This document shows, piece after piece, positions 1 through 10,948 of a stretch of 64,000 bases of DNA. Position numbers and translations under genes: made by a program. The stretch's first letter is position 1. Each line of letters begins with the position of its first letter. The stretch comes from an uncultured archaeon (GTDB lineage Archaea > Thermoplasmatota > Thermoplasmata > Thermoplasmatales > Thermoplasmataceae), in the NCBI GenBank assembly GCA_000965745.1, contig CP009479.1, forward strand, positions 32,001 to 96,000, written 5' to 3'. The notes below the pieces were generated by a model. That model searched no databases. It was not told the origin of the DNA and worked only from the letters and a program-made list of their open reading frames with translations.

Positions 1-617
1 TCCGGCCTGGCAACCTCGTGGTTGAACCCGAAGAATACCAGATCGTCATCTGGGATTCTCTCAAGCCTCTCCCTTATCTCCTTGGGGGTCACCTTGATTC
101 CCTCCTCCCTGAACGTGGTCGGCTTGTCGAGGATTATCTTGCTCTGCTGCGTGTCACAATGAGGGCACACCATTCTCTGGCCGGCCTCATCGGTCATCTT
201 CTTTGACATTATACCAATCACCTCAGGATCGGATGATGACAGGTTGTATGCGCTCATCCTTTCCCTGTACGTTTTTATCTCGTCATCGGTGAGCTTTATT
301 CTTCCGCAGCTCTTGCATGTGGAATCAAGGAATGTCTTGACTTCCTTTATGAATCCCACGTGCACAACGGGCATTGCGAGTTCTATGTGCCCGAAGTGGC
401 CCGGGCATTCGTCCACCTTTCCGCCGCATGTTGTACACTTCAGGCCCGGCTCAATAACACCCATATGAAGGTCCATCAGGCCCCTCTCAATCGGATAGCC
501 GTCGTCATCATAGGTGTCGGCTGTTATAACCTTCACCTGTGACATCTTCCTTACCTCTTCAGGTGCCAGAAGCCCGAACTGAATCCTGTAAATTCTTTTT
601 GAAATTCCAGTCGTCAC
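1..617 (-). CDS. rpoA1: RNA polymerase subunit A' (Rpo1N), 5' part; runs off window start
   Basis: GTG at 617 overlaps the rpoB stop (GTGA). Reads [26 protein letters not shown]...[19 protein letters not shown], the Rpo1N N-terminal Zn region. Confidence 0.96.
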   Translation of the reverse strand, partial: MTTGISKRIYRIQFGLLAPEEVRKMSQVKVITADTYDDDGYPIERGLMDLHMGVIEPGLKCTTCGGKVDECPGHFGHIELAMPVVHVGFIKEVKTFLDSTCKSCGRIKLTDDEIKTYRERMSAYNLSSSDPEVIGIMSKKMTDEAGQRMVCPHCDTQQSKIILDKPTTFREEGIKVTPKEIRERLERIPDDDLVFFGFNHEVARP

Positions 618-3600
618 TTGAGATCACCCAATACCAATCTCATCATTACACCCATTGAACTCAACTCATCCCTCATTAGCTTGAACGCATAGCTTGTCTC
701 CACAGGATGTATATTTCCCGTGTTTCCACAGACAGGGCAGCGCATTGTCCCCCTTTTTCTGTCAAGGATTGCGATATGTCCGCAGGACGGGTTGCCACAG
801 ACGTAGAGAATTGTCCCGTCGCTCTGGTCCAGGAGCCTGTCCTTGATTACCATAGCGGCTCCGTGGGCGATAAGAGTATCACGCTCCATTTCCCCGAACC
901 TGAGGCCTCCCTGCCTTGACCTTCCCTCTGTGGGCTGTCTTGTAAGGATCTGCACAGGCCCCCTGGATCTTGCGTGGAACTTTCCTGCGACCATGTGGTG
1001 CAGCTTCTGGTAGTATATTACCCCGGTGAAGATGTCCACATCGTATTTCCTGCCTGTTATCCCGTCATACATAACTTCTGATGAGCTGTATCTGAACCCG
1101 TTCTCCGTGAGCCCTTCCCTCAGACTCTTCTCAGGCTCTCCGCTGAATATTGTCCCATCCATGATCTCTCCCTTCCTGGTTGAGATCTTACCGGCAATCA
1201 TTTCCAGTATGTGGCCCACAGTCATTCTTGACGGAATTGCGTGGGGGTTGATTACCAGGTCAGGGATTGTGCCTTCCTCTGTGAAGGGCATGTCTTCCTG
1301 CGGGACGACCGAGCCAATGACTCCCTTCTGCCCGTGCCTGGAGGCAAATTTATCACCGAGTTCGGGAATTCTTTCGCTCCTTACCTTGATCTTGATGACT
1401 CTGCTGTTGCTTTCGGACACTGTGAGGATGACATTGTCAACGAAACCGTACTCGTTGGGCCTCATCGTGATTGACGATTCCCTCCTCCTCTGCGGACCGA
1501 GCTTGTCTCCCCCTTCCTCGAGGAAACGCGGGGGTGATGTCTTTCCTATCAGCACATCCGACCCTGCGACCTTGGATTCGGGGTAGATGATTCCGTTCTC
1601 GTCAAGGTTCTTGTAGAAATCCTCAGCCCTTGCACCCAGAACATCATGTGTAGGAATCTCGAAGCGGTCTTCCTGGCCGCCGGGATATCTCCTCTCCTCG
1701 GCAGTATATGTCCTGAAGAAGGTGCTTCTTCCAAGCCCCCTCTCAACAGCTGCCTTGTTGAAAATCAATGCATCCTGTATGTTGTAGCCCTGGTATGACA
1801 TGATTGCCACGACAAAATTCTGCCCTGCAGGCTTCTTCTCATAACTGATAAAGTCCATTACCCTGGTTTTGACAAGAGGCATCTGCGGATAGTGCAGCAC
1901 GTGTCCCCTGGTGTCCGTCCTTATTCTGAAGTTTGTGGCCGCCAGCCCGATTGACTGTTTTGTCATGGCCGCTGCCATCGTGATTCTTGGTGAAGAGTTG
2001 TGCTCAGGATAAGGCGTAATGGATGCAACCACTCCCAGGATCAGTGAAGGGTCGATCTCGAGGTGTGTGTGGTCTTCCTCAAGAAGGCTCTTTCCCGGGA
2101 ATTTTTCACCGCACGATTCACACTGCAGCTCAATGTCCTGGCTCTCACCGGGATTGGTCCAGTAAATTTTGCTCCTGTAAAGGAACCTGGAGCATGATGG
2201 GCACCTCTCCGGGAAATCATATGCATAGATGGAGACGTAAAGGTTTTCCTCCTCCTCTGCATCGATCCATTCTATAGCCCCCTTCTTCACTAGGTCTTTA
2301 ATTGTGTATTCCCCTGTTTCAAGCTTCTTGAGCATGTCCTGCGTTATCAGCGTAGTCTTGCCCTTTACAGTGAGAAGCGGCCTTCTTATCCTTCCCTTGT
2401 CACAGTTAACGATGACTTCCCTGGTCTCAGGCTCAAATCTCACGTTGACCTCGTCGGATATCTTGCCTTTTCTCCTCTCTTCCCGTATCAGTTTTGAAAA
2501 TGCTTCGGGATCGTCATGGTAACCCACAAAGTCCCCGTTAAGGTAGACACGTCCCGAGCTCACGCTTTCCCCTGCGATCTCCTTCAGTTCCATTCCCTTC
2601 AGGAACTCGAGCACTATCTTCTCATCTATCCCTTCTGTAACATTGATGATAAGGGCTGCATTTTTCACCAGCCCACAGTTCTGGCCCTCAGGGGTCTCGT
2701 TGGGGCAGATTCTCCCCCATTGCGTTGGATGAAGGTCCCTCGCCTCGAAGTGGGGCTGCGACCTTGTAAGCGGCGATATAATCCTTCGAAGATGGCTCAG
2801 GGTGCTTACATTGGAAACCCTGTCCAGCAGCTGTGAAACTCCTGTCCTTCCGCCAATCCAGTTACCTGTTGCCATGGCGTGGAGAAGTTTCTGCGTAAGA
2901 AGGTCCTGCCTAACTGCAGGCCTCAGCCTTATTCCCTTCTTCCTGTTGTAGGTCCTTTCAAGCTGGTATTTGAGGTCCTTCATTACGGACTGGAATGCGT
3001 TCCTGAAAAGTTCGTCAAGAAGATCCCCTGCGAGCTTGATTCTCTTGTTTGCAAGATGATCCTTGTCATCCTCTTTTCTCTTCCCGAGGTTAAGCTCGAG
3101 AAGAGATCTGGCCATCCTTCCCAAGTAAAGTGCTTTTTTCAGCCTGTCAGCCCTGGTGTCCCCAAGATGCGGAAGCAATGACTTGTCAAGCATCTGTGAA
3201 ACTTTCTTTTCCCTGAATTCCTTTGCCTGGCCGGCTGCAAATCTCTTCTCTAGGTAAGATATTGCATCTTCACCGGTGTTCACGCCATTTGGCGGGAATA
3301 TTTTCGGGCTCTTTGACTCTTCAATATTTGCGTATATGATGGGGTCCATTGCGGGTTCGCTGTAGATTGACTTGTGGACGTCGACATCCTTCTCTATCCC
3401 AAGGGCCTTCATCAGAATTGCCAGAGGTATCGTCCCTGCAACACTTGGAATTGATACGTTGAGAATGCCGTCGCTTGCTTTCTCCATTGATGTGAGTGCC
3501 CTGAAACCTCCCTTCTGGGAGAACACCTTTGCGACTTCCACCTTGGATTCGTATTTCTCTTCCAGTTCAACAAGTATCTTGTTGGGGGCAAGGTCTTCAA

Positions 3601-4204
3601 GCGATACAATAACCCTCTCAGACCCGCCGATAATGAAGTATCCTCCCGGGTCGTTGGGGTCCTCCCCTACATACTGGAGCTTCTCCGTCCTGGAAGAGTT
3701 GATTGGGCCGTTGTTTTTCTCTATGTAATTGTCGAGGTTTGTGCCATGAAGGGTGCAAACCTTTGATCGTATCATGACAGGCAGATCGCCTATCTTTATG
3801 TTTTCAGGATCTTTCTCGACTCCATCGTCGACGATCCTGAGTTTGAGTGCGATGGGGGCCATATAGTTAAGGTCCCTCAGTCTGGCTTCATTTGGCGTTA
3901 TCTGGTTTGAGGCGCCAGACGCCTCCTTTATCTCCGGAGTCTCCACCCATATTGTGGGGTCCCCTACGAATCTCCCACTTTCCCTGGTCCTGCCGAAATA
4001 GATCTTGATGTCCCTTCCGCCTGTCTTTGCAGGGTCAAGGGTCATGACCCCCGGATGGTCCTCGTCGGTTACCTTGGTTTCGTCTACAATTTTCTGCATC
4101 CCATTGTCTGCATTGTATTTTGTGGCCACAAAATAGTTCATGGATTCAATCTGGTGGTTCACTACGCTTTCATTTTTGAAAAATAAATCTACTAACTCCT
4201 TCAT
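614..4204 (-). CDS. rpoB: RNA polymerase subunit B (Rpo2), unsplit
   Basis: [28 protein letters not shown] motifs; C-terminal Zn ribbon; 1196 aa. Confidence 0.99.
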   Translation of the reverse strand: MKELVDLFFKNESVVNHQIESMNYFVATKYNADNGMQKIVDETKVTDEDHPGVMTLDPAKTGGRDIKIYFGRTRESGRFVGDPTIWVETPEIKEASGASNQITPNEARLRDLNYMAPIALKLRIVDDGVEKDPENIKIGDLPVMIRSKVCTLHGTNLDNYIEKNNGPINSSRTEKLQYVGEDPNDPGGYFIIGGSERVIVSLEDLAPNKILVELEEKYESKVEVAKVFSQKGGFRALTSMEKASDGILNVSIPSVAGTIPLAILMKALGIEKDVDVHKSIYSEPAMDPIIYANIEESKSPKIFPPNGVNTGEDAISYLEKRFAAGQAKEFREKKVSQMLDKSLLPHLGDTRADRLKKALYLGRMARSLLELNLGKRKEDDKDHLANKRIKLAGDLLDELFRNAFQSVMKDLKYQLERTYNRKKGIRLRPAVRQDLLTQKLLHAMATGNWIGGRTGVSQLLDRVSNVSTLSHLRRIISPLTRSQPHFEARDLHPTQWGRICPNETPEGQNCGLVKNAALIINVTEGIDEKIVLEFLKGMELKEIAGESVSSGRVYLNGDFVGYHDDPEAFSKLIREERRKGKISDEVNVRFEPETREVIVNCDKGRIRRPLLTVKGKTTLITQDMLKKLETGEYTIKDLVKKGAIEWIDAEEEENLYVSIYAYDFPERCPSCSRFLYRSKIYWTNPGESQDIELQCESCGEKFPGKSLLEEDHTHLEIDPSLILGVVASITPYPEHNSSPRITMAAAMTKQSIGLAATNFRIRTDTRGHVLHYPQMPLVKTRVMDFISYEKKPAGQNFVVAIMSYQGYNIQDALIFNKAAVERGLGRSTFFRTYTAEERRYPGGQEDRFEIPTHDVLGARAEDFYKNLDENGIIYPESKVAGSDVLIGKTSPPRFLEEGGDKLGPQRRRESSITMRPNEYGFVDNVILTVSESNSRVIKIKVRSERIPELGDKFASRHGQKGVIGSVVPQEDMPFTEEGTIPDLVINPHAIPSRMTVGHILEMIAGKISTRKGEIMDGTIFSGEPEKSLREGLTENGFRYSSSEVMYDGITGRKYDVDIFTGVIYYQKLHHMVAGKFHARSRGPVQILTRQPTEGRSRQGGLRFGEMERDTLIAHGAAMVIKDRLLDQSDGTILYVCGNPSCGHIAILDRKRGTMRCPVCGNTGNIHPVETSYAFKLMRDELSSMGVMMRLVLGDLK

Positions 4205-4464
4205 TTGAAAATCTCACCACTTATTGCCCTGTAATAGATAGAAAATCCAGCAGTAGGACTCTTCCTCACGATTCGAATAATCCTCCCCTCTTCGAGGGGT
4301 CCGTGTATATCTTCCAATGCCTTTACGGCAGGGTCGTTTCTACTTATTTTCGGCAACAGGTCTTTTGCTATGTTTAACTCCTTTAAAACCTTATCTTCAT
4401 CTTCCTTTTTGACTAAATGATGCTCAGGCACGAGCTCATGTCGCAACACGTTAAGCTTTCCCAT
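4201..4464 (-). CDS. rpoH: RNA polymerase subunit H (Rpo5)
   Basis: HELVPEH...[11 protein letters not shown]...RKSPTAG; ATG at 4464 preceded by AGGAGG (the longer ORF call runs into the tRNA). Confidence 0.97.
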   Translation of the reverse strand: MGKLNVLRHELVPEHHLVKKEDEDKVLKELNIAKDLLPKISRNDPAVKALEDIHGPLEEGRIIRIVRKSPTAGFSIYYRAISGEIFK

Positions 4465-4481
4465 TGTTTGTCCCTCCTTTA

Positions 4482-4555
4482 CGGGCCCGGAGGGGTTTGA
4501 ACCCCCGACCACCTGGTTAAAAGCCAGATGCTCTACCTAGCTGAGCTACGGGCCC
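4482..4555 (-). tRNA. tRNA-Lys (UUU)
   Basis: GGGCCCG/CGGGCCC acceptor stem, anticodon loop CTTTTAA, T-loop TTCAAAC; 74 nt, no intron, no encoded CCA. Confidence 0.97.
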
Positions 4556-4683
4556 CATATAACCGGGAATCTTGATTGGCTTTCAGAATATAAATATTGT
4601 CTAATGGTTTTTGCCGGGAAAGCTCACTCTGCAAAAGGTTAATCGATGCAATCTATTTTACCATCGCTCTCCTATTCACTTTC

Positions 4684-5529
4684 ATGACCTCTAGCATCAT
4701 AATACCTATGATCACGCCACACAAAAAGGGGAGGCTCGACCTTGAAGCTCTTGAAGGGCTGCTTGAATATGCGAGCCTGAACAGCTTTGATGGTGCCTTT
4801 GCTGCAAGTTCAACCGGAGGCTGTGCATCACTTTCATACAAGAGGCATCTCGAGGTGCTTGGGGAAGTTGTCAAGATGTCCCCGGGGATCAAACTGTTTG
4901 CGAACATTTCAAGGAATGATCTTGAAGAGACCCTTGACATGATGAAAGATGCTGAAGACATAGGGTATGAGAACCTGGTCATTATCAACCCCTACTACCA
5001 CAGGTATTCGCAGGAGAGCATGAGGAAGTACTTCTCTGATATTGCCTCAGGGACCCATGAGAGCTTGTATTTGTACAACAACCCGTCCCTGACAGGGCTC
5101 ACCGTATCTCCCGAGACAGTAGCTTCTTTGAGTTCGGAGCATTCATCAATAAGGGGGATTAAAGATAGCGGCGGAGACCTTGACAGATTCTCAGATTTCC
5201 TCCAGATTCCCGGATTGGAGGTTTACCAGGGAAAGGACCACCTGCTTGAGGAATCTGTAAGGATGGGTGCCTATGGCGGGGTCTGCAGCACTTCAAATTT
5301 TTCGCTTAACACACTTCATGTGGCCCATGATTCCGGTGACGTATCACCTTATACGGAGAAGATAAGGAAAGTTACGGAAATTATGAAGAAACACGAAGTC
5401 CCCGCATTCCACAACTACCTGTTCAGGAAGTTTGTACTTGGCGAAAAGAGCCCGTCAGACTACATGAACAGCCCCTTCTCAGACCTTCCAAACCCGCCGG
5501 GTGACCAGGAGCTTCTTGATTTGCTGTAA
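4684..5529 (+). CDS. dihydrodipicolinate synthase/KDG aldolase family protein
   Basis: SSTGG, PYY, LYNNP, and GIKDS with the Schiff-base Lys; ATG at 4684 is the likelier start. Confidence 0.85.
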   Translation: MTSSIIIPMITPHKKGRLDLEALEGLLEYASLNSFDGAFAASSTGGCASLSYKRHLEVLGEVVKMSPGIKLFANISRNDLEETLDMMKDAEDIGYENLVIINPYYHRYSQESMRKYFSDIASGTHESLYLYNNPSLTGLTVSPETVASLSSEHSSIRGIKDSGGDLDRFSDFLQIPGLEVYQGKDHLLEESVRMGAYGGVCSTSNFSLNTLHVAHDSGDVSPYTEKIRKVTEIMKKHEVPAFHNYLFRKFVLGEKSPSDYMNSPFSDLPNPPGDQELLDLL

Positions 5530-5567
5530 ATTCGATACAAATTTAAATTTCAATGCTATCTCGGAGT

Positions 5568-6593
5568 ATGAAAGTTAATATAGATGGCGAGGCAAAGACT
5601 CTGTTTGCCGTCTGGTACCATGACAATACCGTGAAGCTGATAGACCAGAGAAAAATCCCCGGCAAGGTTGAAATTTTTACAGCCACCAAGACCGAAGACA
5701 TCGTGTACGCGATAAAGGACATGGTCGTAAGGGGTGCCCCTGCCATTGGGGTCACTGCCGCATTCGGCCTCGCCATGGCTAAACTCAATAACGAGGACAT
5801 GAAAAAGGCGGTGGATGATATATCCAGGACAAGGCCCACTGCCTTTGACCTTTTCAAGGCAATAAGATTCATGGAAGACAATAACTTTGACCTTGGCGCT
5901 GCAAGGAGATATGCCAATGAGATATCCGGGAGGTGCAAGAAGATTGGTGAGCACGGGAACGAACTCATATCGGACGGGGCGAGGCTCCTGACTCACTGCA
6001 ATGCAGGCGCTCTCGCTGTCCTTGACTGGGGGACTGCCCTTGCACCCATGAGATATGCCAGGAGAGAGGGAAAGGATATTTTCGTCTACGTTGATGAGAC
6101 GAGGCCAAGGCTCCAGGGAGCAAGGCTCACCGCCTGGGAACTGGCGCAGGAAGGCATAGACCATGCGATAATTGCAGACAATGCAGCGGGATACTTCATG
6201 AAGAAGAAGGATGTCAACATGGTCATTGTTGGTGCAGACAGGATCGCCCCGAACGGAGATTTTGCAAACAAGATAGGCACATACGAGAAGGCGGTGCTCG
6301 CCAGGGAGAATGGTATACCTTTCTACGTTGCTGCACCCGGAAGCACCTTCGACTTCTCAATCAAAAGCGGCGATGACATACCTATAGAAGAGAGAAGCCA
6401 GGATGAGGTGATGATCATAAACGGAAGCAGGATCGGCCCGGAAGAGAGCAGCGCTCGAAACCCTGCTTTCGATGTCACGCCTGCCAAATACGTTACCGGT
6501 TTCATAACGGAGTACGGAATATTCGGCCCGGGAGATCTTGCGTCGCTCAGGGCGGTCATGGACAAGGACCTGTTCATGAAAGTGCCGGCTTGA
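5568..6593 (+). CDS. mtnA: S-methyl-5-thioribose-1-phosphate isomerase (eIF-2B-like family)
   Basis: DQR, VRGAPAIG, THCNAG, DETRPRLQGARLTAWEL, GADRI, NKIGTY, NPAFDVTP. Confidence 0.92.
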   Translation: MKVNIDGEAKTLFAVWYHDNTVKLIDQRKIPGKVEIFTATKTEDIVYAIKDMVVRGAPAIGVTAAFGLAMAKLNNEDMKKAVDDISRTRPTAFDLFKAIRFMEDNNFDLGAARRYANEISGRCKKIGEHGNELISDGARLLTHCNAGALAVLDWGTALAPMRYARREGKDIFVYVDETRPRLQGARLTAWELAQEGIDHAIIADNAAGYFMKKKDVNMVIVGADRIAPNGDFANKIGTYEKAVLARENGIPFYVAAPGSTFDFSIKSGDDIPIEERSQDEVMIINGSRIGPEESSARNPAFDVTPAKYVTGFITEYGIFGPGDLASLRAVMDKDLFMKVPA

Positions 6594-6642
6594 TCCTTCA
6601 AACGGCAATAGATCTGCAGAATAATTCAAAAGAGGTGCAATA

Positions 6643-7779
6643 TTGACAGAAAAGCCAGGTATCACTCCGTGGGAGGTCAGCAACGAGCTTAAGGAGACCG
6701 ACTACGACAGGATAGCCAATGAATTCGGGGCAAAGCTGATTGACGGCCAAATGATCTCAAGGATCAAGAAGATAGCGGGAGAAGTGCACCCGTTCCTTAC
6801 CCATCGCATTTTCTTTTCACACCGGGACCTGGACATAGCACTGGACAGCTATGAGAAGGGCAACAAATTCTATCTTTATACGGGAAGAGGCCCGTCGGGG
6901 GAGATGCACCTCGGGCACCTGCTTCCTTTCGTTTTCACTAAGTGGCTTCAGGACAGGTTTGACGTGGATCTCATCGTGCAGATAACAGATGATGAGAAGT
7001 ACCTGTTCAGGGACGTGAATGAGAGGGACCTGGAGAAGTATACAAAGCAGAACATCCTTGACATCCTGAGTGTGGGGTTCAGGCCTGAAAAGACACACGT
7101 CCTCGTCGATACACATCACTCAGGCCTCCTGTATAATCAGGCGATAAAAGTTTCCAAGCACATAACCGCATCATCGGTTAAGGCCGTCTTTGGCTTCTCG
7201 GACAGCGACAACATAGGGAAATATTTCTTCACGAGCATGCAGTCTGTCCCGGCATTCATCATGTCAGTACTCAAGGGGAGGAATGTGAGGTGCATGATTC
7301 CGTATGCAATTGACCAGGACCCGCACTTCAAGCTTTCAAGGGATGTACTTCCAAAACTGGGATACTACAAACCTTCCTCAATAATCTCAAAGTTCATACC
7401 TTCTCTCAAGGGAGGCGGAAAAATGTCATCATCAGACCGCACAACAGGAATATATCTCGACGATGACCCGAAGACTGTGAGGCGCAAACTCATGAAATAC
7501 GCTTTCTCGGGTGGAAGGGATACTGCGGAGGAACAGAGAAAATACGGAGCTAATCCCGACATAGACTTCGCCTTCAACGTATACAGGATGCTTGAGCCCG
7601 ACATCGGCAAGACTTCCAGGGTCTATGAGGATTACAGGAGCGGGAAAATGCTAAGTGGAGAGATGAAGGGGCTTGCTGCGGACATGATAAATGAGTTTCT
7701 GGCCAGGATACAATCACAGAGGGAGATCGTAGAGAAGGACTATGACAGCTACATGTTCGATCCCTCAAAGCTTCAGTAA
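6643..7779 (+). CDS. trpS: tryptophanyl-tRNA synthetase
   Basis: TGRGPS, HLGH, AIDQDPHF, KMSSS, AFSGG. Confidence 0.97.
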   Translation: MTEKPGITPWEVSNELKETDYDRIANEFGAKLIDGQMISRIKKIAGEVHPFLTHRIFFSHRDLDIALDSYEKGNKFYLYTGRGPSGEMHLGHLLPFVFTKWLQDRFDVDLIVQITDDEKYLFRDVNERDLEKYTKQNILDILSVGFRPEKTHVLVDTHHSGLLYNQAIKVSKHITASSVKAVFGFSDSDNIGKYFFTSMQSVPAFIMSVLKGRNVRCMIPYAIDQDPHFKLSRDVLPKLGYYKPSSIISKFIPSLKGGGKMSSSDRTTGIYLDDDPKTVRRKLMKYAFSGGRDTAEEQRKYGANPDIDFAFNVYRMLEPDIGKTSRVYEDYRSGKMLSGEMKGLAADMINEFLARIQSQREIVEKDYDSYMFDPSKLQ

Positions 7780-7922
7780 CTTGGTGCCTTTTTCGCCCCC
7801 AACAGATATATGCAGGGCTGGGTCCACACCTTAGGGTGTGTGATTGGATCCCGGCCCTCTCTTTCCACCTTCTTTTCAGAATCAGCTGATGTTCTCTTCA
7901 GGCCCCCTTGATTCGATGTAGG

Positions 7923-8393
7923 TCACTGCGACGGGGAATTGATGGCAGAATGCCTGATGATTCTGTCATTGACGCGAAAGGATACCGATCCAGTAACCCG
8001 GGGAAGTTCGTTTGTACCCTTCCCATGTTCCAATGCGTTCCTGTAAAGCATGTCCCGGAAGTATGCATCATGAAGGTCCGAGTACTTCAACTCCTCGGTT
8101 GAATCCTTACGTATCCAGGCTACATGGTCTTCATAGAACTGGAAAATGCCGCCGTAATATTGTGAATAGGCCCGTTCTGCGAGGATTACCCCGGGAACAA
8201 ATGCCAGTATTGAAAATATTAACATGCCGGCAGCCGCCTCAATTGGTGCAGAAATGTAACCCATAAGTGCGGGGTAAGACCCGTTGCAAGTGCCATGGGA
8301 ATTTTTTATAATTGCAAAGAAAGTCGCGGGGGCAACAGACGGGGCAAGTATTGCGGCAGGGAGTGCGAGGCTCCTTCCACGTTCACCGAGCAT
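7923..8393 (-). CDS. hypothetical membrane protein, possibly degraded
   Basis: two hydrophobic segments then a short beta-rich region (FQFYEDH...LKYSDL); start uncertain. Confidence 0.4.
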   Translation of the reverse strand: MLGERGRSLALPAAILAPSVAPATFFAIIKNSHGTCNGSYPALMGYISAPIEAAAGMLIFSILAFVPGVILAERAYSQYYGGIFQFYEDHVAWIRKDSTEELKYSDLHDAYFRDMLYRNALEHGKGTNELPRVTGSVSFRVNDRIIRHSAINSPSQ

Positions 8394-8748
8394 AAATGCG
8401 GGCCCGACTTCGGCTCATGGATTTCCTTTCACTGCCTGATTATACGCACGCACGAATGTAATACCTTCTATGCGCAAAACTGAGGACACGTAAACGCCAG
8501 GGCATCTCACCAATAGTTGAAAAGAAGGGCATAATTCCTTCGAAAACTGATAGCATGAGGTCAGCTCTGCCCCTCCCGGTGTGCATCCGGGAGTGCTTTC
8601 AAAAGAGTGCTGCATTTGCATCCACAACCAGGGAGGCGCTTCAGGGTACAGGCGTTTCAGAACTTTGGAAAACCAGCCTGAAATGCCACGGCCCGATACT
8701 GCAAAAGAAAAACAACTGGGTGGGAGATAAATACAAAATATGTAAAAA

Positions 8749-8943
8749 TTACAGCGGAAATAGAACCATAGAGATTCCAAAAGCCACTACTGCAGCCATG
8801 GATATGAACAGAAGCTTTACGAGTTTGACATCAAGGACTTCCTCTTGAACTTCGCCCATACCGGTTTCAGGTGTGAGTTCCTTCCTGTATGCTGCGATTC
8901 CTCTCCTCTTGATTATGTGTTCATGGGCATGTATGTCATTCAT
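8749..8943 (-). CDS. small protein with a C-terminal TM helix
   Basis: 64-aa ORF, ATG start, hydrophobic C-terminus, T-rich sequence downstream. Confidence 0.5.
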   Translation of the reverse strand: MNDIHAHEHIIKRRGIAAYRKELTPETGMGEVQEEVLDVKLVKLLFISMAAVVAFGISMVLFPL

Positions 8944-9276
8944 TTCGATCCCAGGTACATAATCAACGGGTTACAGATGAACGGTTAGCCTCAAATATTA
9001 GGGAAAAGTAGCCACAATTTCATGCATACCCGCCATAACAGCCTATTTCCATTACATTCTCCAGAAACAGGCTTTTGCCGGCACATTATCCTGCCCCTGT
9101 TTTTAAAAAATCGCTTAAATACCGGACCGGCTAAATATTAAGATTTCACAATGAGACTGATCACTTTCCTAAGCTTAAAAATTCTATCCCAGTGTCCGAT
9201 TATTAAGTTACCCGTTCCATCATAATTGAGGTGCACCGTATTAGTATAGCCACAGGATAGACTGTTGTGATTACCT

Positions 9277-9930
9277 ATGGAAATCGGTAAGAGAACATAT
9301 ATTGTGGCAATTGTTGTAATAATTGCTGTAGCAGGTTTTGGCATTTCATATAATGTTGCCAATGCTGTGGCGCAGAATTCCACAGCGAACAATTCAGGCA
9401 CATATGCCGTTACCCTGGTGGTTACCACTAACAACATTTTCAACCAGACTGTTGGCGATCAGCCGGCATATTACGTGCTTGAGAACGGAACGCTCCAGTC
9501 CTCTGCAGTGATAAGCTTCCCTGCTGGAAAAATGATAAGCCTCACCATAATAAATTATGATGACGGCCCGGCCGATGTTGCGTCCCAGTATGCCAATGTC
9601 GTGGGAACTACCGGCAACCAGATAACCATAATAAATGACACAAACGTGAACTCGAGCCAGGGAACAAGTGGAATCAATGTATCCGGAGGGTCTGTTGTAT
9701 CAAAGGTTCCTGACACGAACATAGCACACACGTTTACAGTAATGGGAACCTCCAGCAATGTTCTGCTTAACATACCTGTCCCGCCATCCAGCGTTGTCCA
9801 CGCAACATTCACCCTGAACTCGGGAAGCTATACCTGGCAGTGTGAAGCAGCCTGTGGAAGCGGAAGTGCTGGATGGGGCGGTGCAATGAGCACACCCGGC
9901 TGGATGACCGGAACTGTATCAGTGGCATAA
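9277..9930 (+). CDS. membrane-anchored cupredoxin-fold protein with a CuA-like CxxxC motif
   Basis: N-terminal TM; HTFT motif; YTWQCEAACGSG...M...WMTG C-terminal ligand loop; many N-x-S/T sequons. Confidence 0.75.
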   Translation: MEIGKRTYIVAIVVIIAVAGFGISYNVANAVAQNSTANNSGTYAVTLVVTTNNIFNQTVGDQPAYYVLENGTLQSSAVISFPAGKMISLTIINYDDGPADVASQYANVVGTTGNQITIINDTNVNSSQGTSGINVSGGSVVSKVPDTNIAHTFTVMGTSSNVLLNIPVPPSSVVHATFTLNSGSYTWQCEAACGSGSAGWGGAMSTPGWMTGTVSVA

Positions 9931-9942
9931 ACATCCCAATAC

Positions 9943-9957
9943 CTTTTTTTATTTTTT
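9943..9957 (+). terminator. oligo-T terminator after the cupredoxin gene
   Basis: CTTTTTTTATTTTTT about 13 nt after the stop. Confidence 0.5.
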
Positions 9958-10357
9958 ATACGCTTTTTCCCAACATTAGTGCTCTATTTTCCTTTGACGC
10001 CAGGCTGGTGGAAGGTGCCAACCCAAATCACCTGTGACGAAATGCGAACATATAACAGAAATTCGTCCTTCAGCCAGGGGGCCAAAGTCTGCTAACCGAC
10101 GGTGAAATGCAACAGGGCCCGCATATTGTGGGGAGAGATCCGGCTGCATTTTTTTGGTGTTGCAGCAGTTGGGGTTAGCCTTTTTTCAACCATTGGAGAC
10201 TCTGAACTTCAATTAGCCTCCAGTTTATATATATTAACCTTTCCGGCAAGCTATTCCAGATTATACTCATTTTGTTAACTAATTAGATAACAAAATACCC
10301 TTTTTTACCTTACACTTGAGGTTTGCATTTTATTTTATTACGGAATATCATATATCA

Positions 10358-10903
10358 ATGAAGACTGTCGGGAAGCATCTGAGTGAGTGGGCTCTCGATC
10401 AGACCAATACCAGCTTTGAGTTCCAGATTCGCCATATGGTCGTTTCCACCGTCCATGGCAAATTCACAAAATTCTCCGGCATTTTCAGGGGAGACCCTGA
10501 AAACCCGGTCGATTCACTGGTTGACCTGGTTCTGGAAGGTGAGAGCCTTGACACACGGGACAGGATGCGAGACAAGAAACTGAAGGGCACCAAGTTCTTC
10601 GATGTTGAGCACTACCCCCATGTAAGATTCTGGAGCACGGGAATAGAAGTGAAAGAGGAAAACAAGTACAAGGTACGGGGCCAGCTCAAGATCAGGGACA
10701 TAACCAAGGAAGTGACCCTTGCATGCGAAATACTGAGGCCTAATTCCGAGACTTTCAACTTCGAGGTAAACGGAAAGGTGAACAGCGAAGACTATGGCCT
10801 GAAATGGAAATCTTTCTATGACCCGGGAAACGTTTTCGTGGGCAGCACAGTCAGAATAAACGTTCAGGGAAGGTTCAAGCTTGAAAAGACTTCCCCTGAA
10901 TAA
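10358..10903 (+). CDS. YceI family lipid/polyisoprenoid-binding protein
   Basis: FQIRHMVVSTVHGKF, SLDTRDRMRD, FFDVEHYP, GQLKIRDITKEV. Confidence 0.9.
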   Translation: MKTVGKHLSEWALDQTNTSFEFQIRHMVVSTVHGKFTKFSGIFRGDPENPVDSLVDLVLEGESLDTRDRMRDKKLKGTKFFDVEHYPHVRFWSTGIEVKEENKYKVRGQLKIRDITKEVTLACEILRPNSETFNFEVNGKVNSEDYGLKWKSFYDPGNVFVGSTVRINVQGRFKLEKTSPE

Positions 10904-10948
10904 AGCGGGATTGAAACTGCAGATGTGTGAGGTTGGAGATAACTCTTC

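Noticed and set aside
4465-4512. N-terminal extension of RpoH in the ORF track (MVGGSNPSGP...)
   Set aside because: It is the tRNA-Lys T-arm read in frame; the real start is 4464 with an SD
8415-8780. 121-aa minus-strand ORF and 97-aa plus-strand ORF
   Set aside because: Atypical composition, overlap with the 64-aa TM gene and its T-rich terminator, no motifs
9990-10200. Possible ncRNA in the cupredoxin-YceI gap (GGCTG/CAGCC, GACGAA/TTCGTC stems)
   Set aside because: Short interrupted stems; no promoter, C/D boxes or recognisable RNA family
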